A DNA stretch of 64,000 bases from Paraspadella gotoi (lineage: Eukaryota; Animalia; Chaetognatha). Below, one piece after another: positions 63,090-64,000 of this stretch. Made by a program: the position numbers and the translations under genes. Position 1 is the first letter of the stretch. The number at the start of each line of letters is the position of its first letter. The notes under the pieces are model-generated. The model had not been told where the DNA came from, did not search any database, and saw only the letters and a list, made by a program, of their open reading frames with translations. The stretch lies in assembly GCA_051294375.1 (NCBI GenBank), contig CM119265.1, forward strand, positions 21,824,278-21,888,277. The letters run 5' to 3'.

Positions 63090-63354
63090 ATGCCGGGCCG
63101 GACCCCCAGCCGCCCGCCGCCGTCTTCGGCCTCCCTTCCCGAGGGTTCCCTCGTGTGGGCGCGGATGAAGGGGTTTTCGTGGTGGCCGAGCCGGATCGAA
63201 GCCCCGAAGCCCGAGATTCGAGCCCCGGCGGCCGCCAAACAGAAGCCCCACAAGTTCTGCTTTTTCTTCGGAGCCGAGAATTTCGCATGGCTAAGGTATC
63301 GGGAGGGTATTTAGTACTTTAAGATTTAATAATTGTATCTTCTCTCTCTCTCTG

Positions 63355-63413
<59 letters not shown>

Positions 63414-63917
63414 CCCCTCCCCAGGTGGAAGCGGAACGCATCGTCGACTACGCGGGAACCGAGGAAAGATGAAACCGGGAAAGATCAGTTCGAATCTGCA
63501 GCGCGCGATCGACGCCATCGAAGAAGCGCTCGTCGCCAAAGCCGCCGCGGACGCCGCCGCAGCCGCCGCAGCCGCCGAGGAGGACGAAGTCGCCGCGGAG
63601 AACGAGGCGTCGGATCGCGACTCTGAGTCATCGGCGTCGAAACCGCGAATGGACGCCGACTTCGATCTCGGCGACGACGACGACGACGACGACGATAATT
63701 TCACGCTGAGCATCTTGAGCGATAAAGGCGGCGCCGGCGGCGGCGCTGTCAAGACTTTCGGCGCCGTCCGCGTCCGCGCCGTCGACGACGACGAAGACGC
63801 CGACTCCGTCTACTTCGATTGCAGCAAATCTCCTTTGGACGACGACGAGAAGAGACGAAACGGCGACGACGACGACGACGCTCACGGGGACGACGACGCC
63901 GTGGCCGAGGCGACGAG
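63090..63917 (+). CDS. PWWP-domain chromatin protein (GLYR1/NPAC- or HDGF-like), 5' part; probably continues past the window
   Basis: GSLVWARMKGFSWWPSRI...FCFFFGAENFAW / VEAERIVDY...KMKPGK...LQRAIDAIEEAL matches a PWWP fold most like the GLYR1 N-terminus, followed by an acidic linker. The first donor and one codon look mis-called; gag|gtgaag donor at about 63917. Confidence 0.75.
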
Positions 63918-64000
63918 GTGAAGGGGAAGGAAGAAGAAAAGAATATGAAAGAAAATGAAGGAAGAGAAAAGAGGAGAAAGCGATTAGCAAAGCCAAAAGA

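Overview
Eukaryotic, metazoan (probably invertebrate) genomic DNA with short AT-rich introns, CpG-rich exons and many (AG)n and (GAAA)n microsatellites. About 55 kb of the window is one minus-strand crumbs gene of about 41 exons: signal peptide, EGF arrays, laminin-G domains, TM segment and a GTYSPS...ERLI tail. Three antisense protein-coding genes each sit in a different crumbs intron: an unrecognised repeat-rich disordered protein, an ABCA3-like transporter and an SLC23/NAT transporter. A fourth large intron holds a candidate internal promoter with exons that stay in frame with crumbs. Flanking genes are an intronless IER-family gene head-to-head with TMEM35/NACHO on the left, and a PWWP (GLYR1-like) gene head-to-head with crumbs on the right. 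The 8-kb second copy of the ABCA/crumbs segment at 43636-51710 is most likely a gap-filling assembly artefact (25-N gaps, complementary indel errors in the two copies). All exon structures were spliced by eye and gene names come from remembered motifs, not from database searches.
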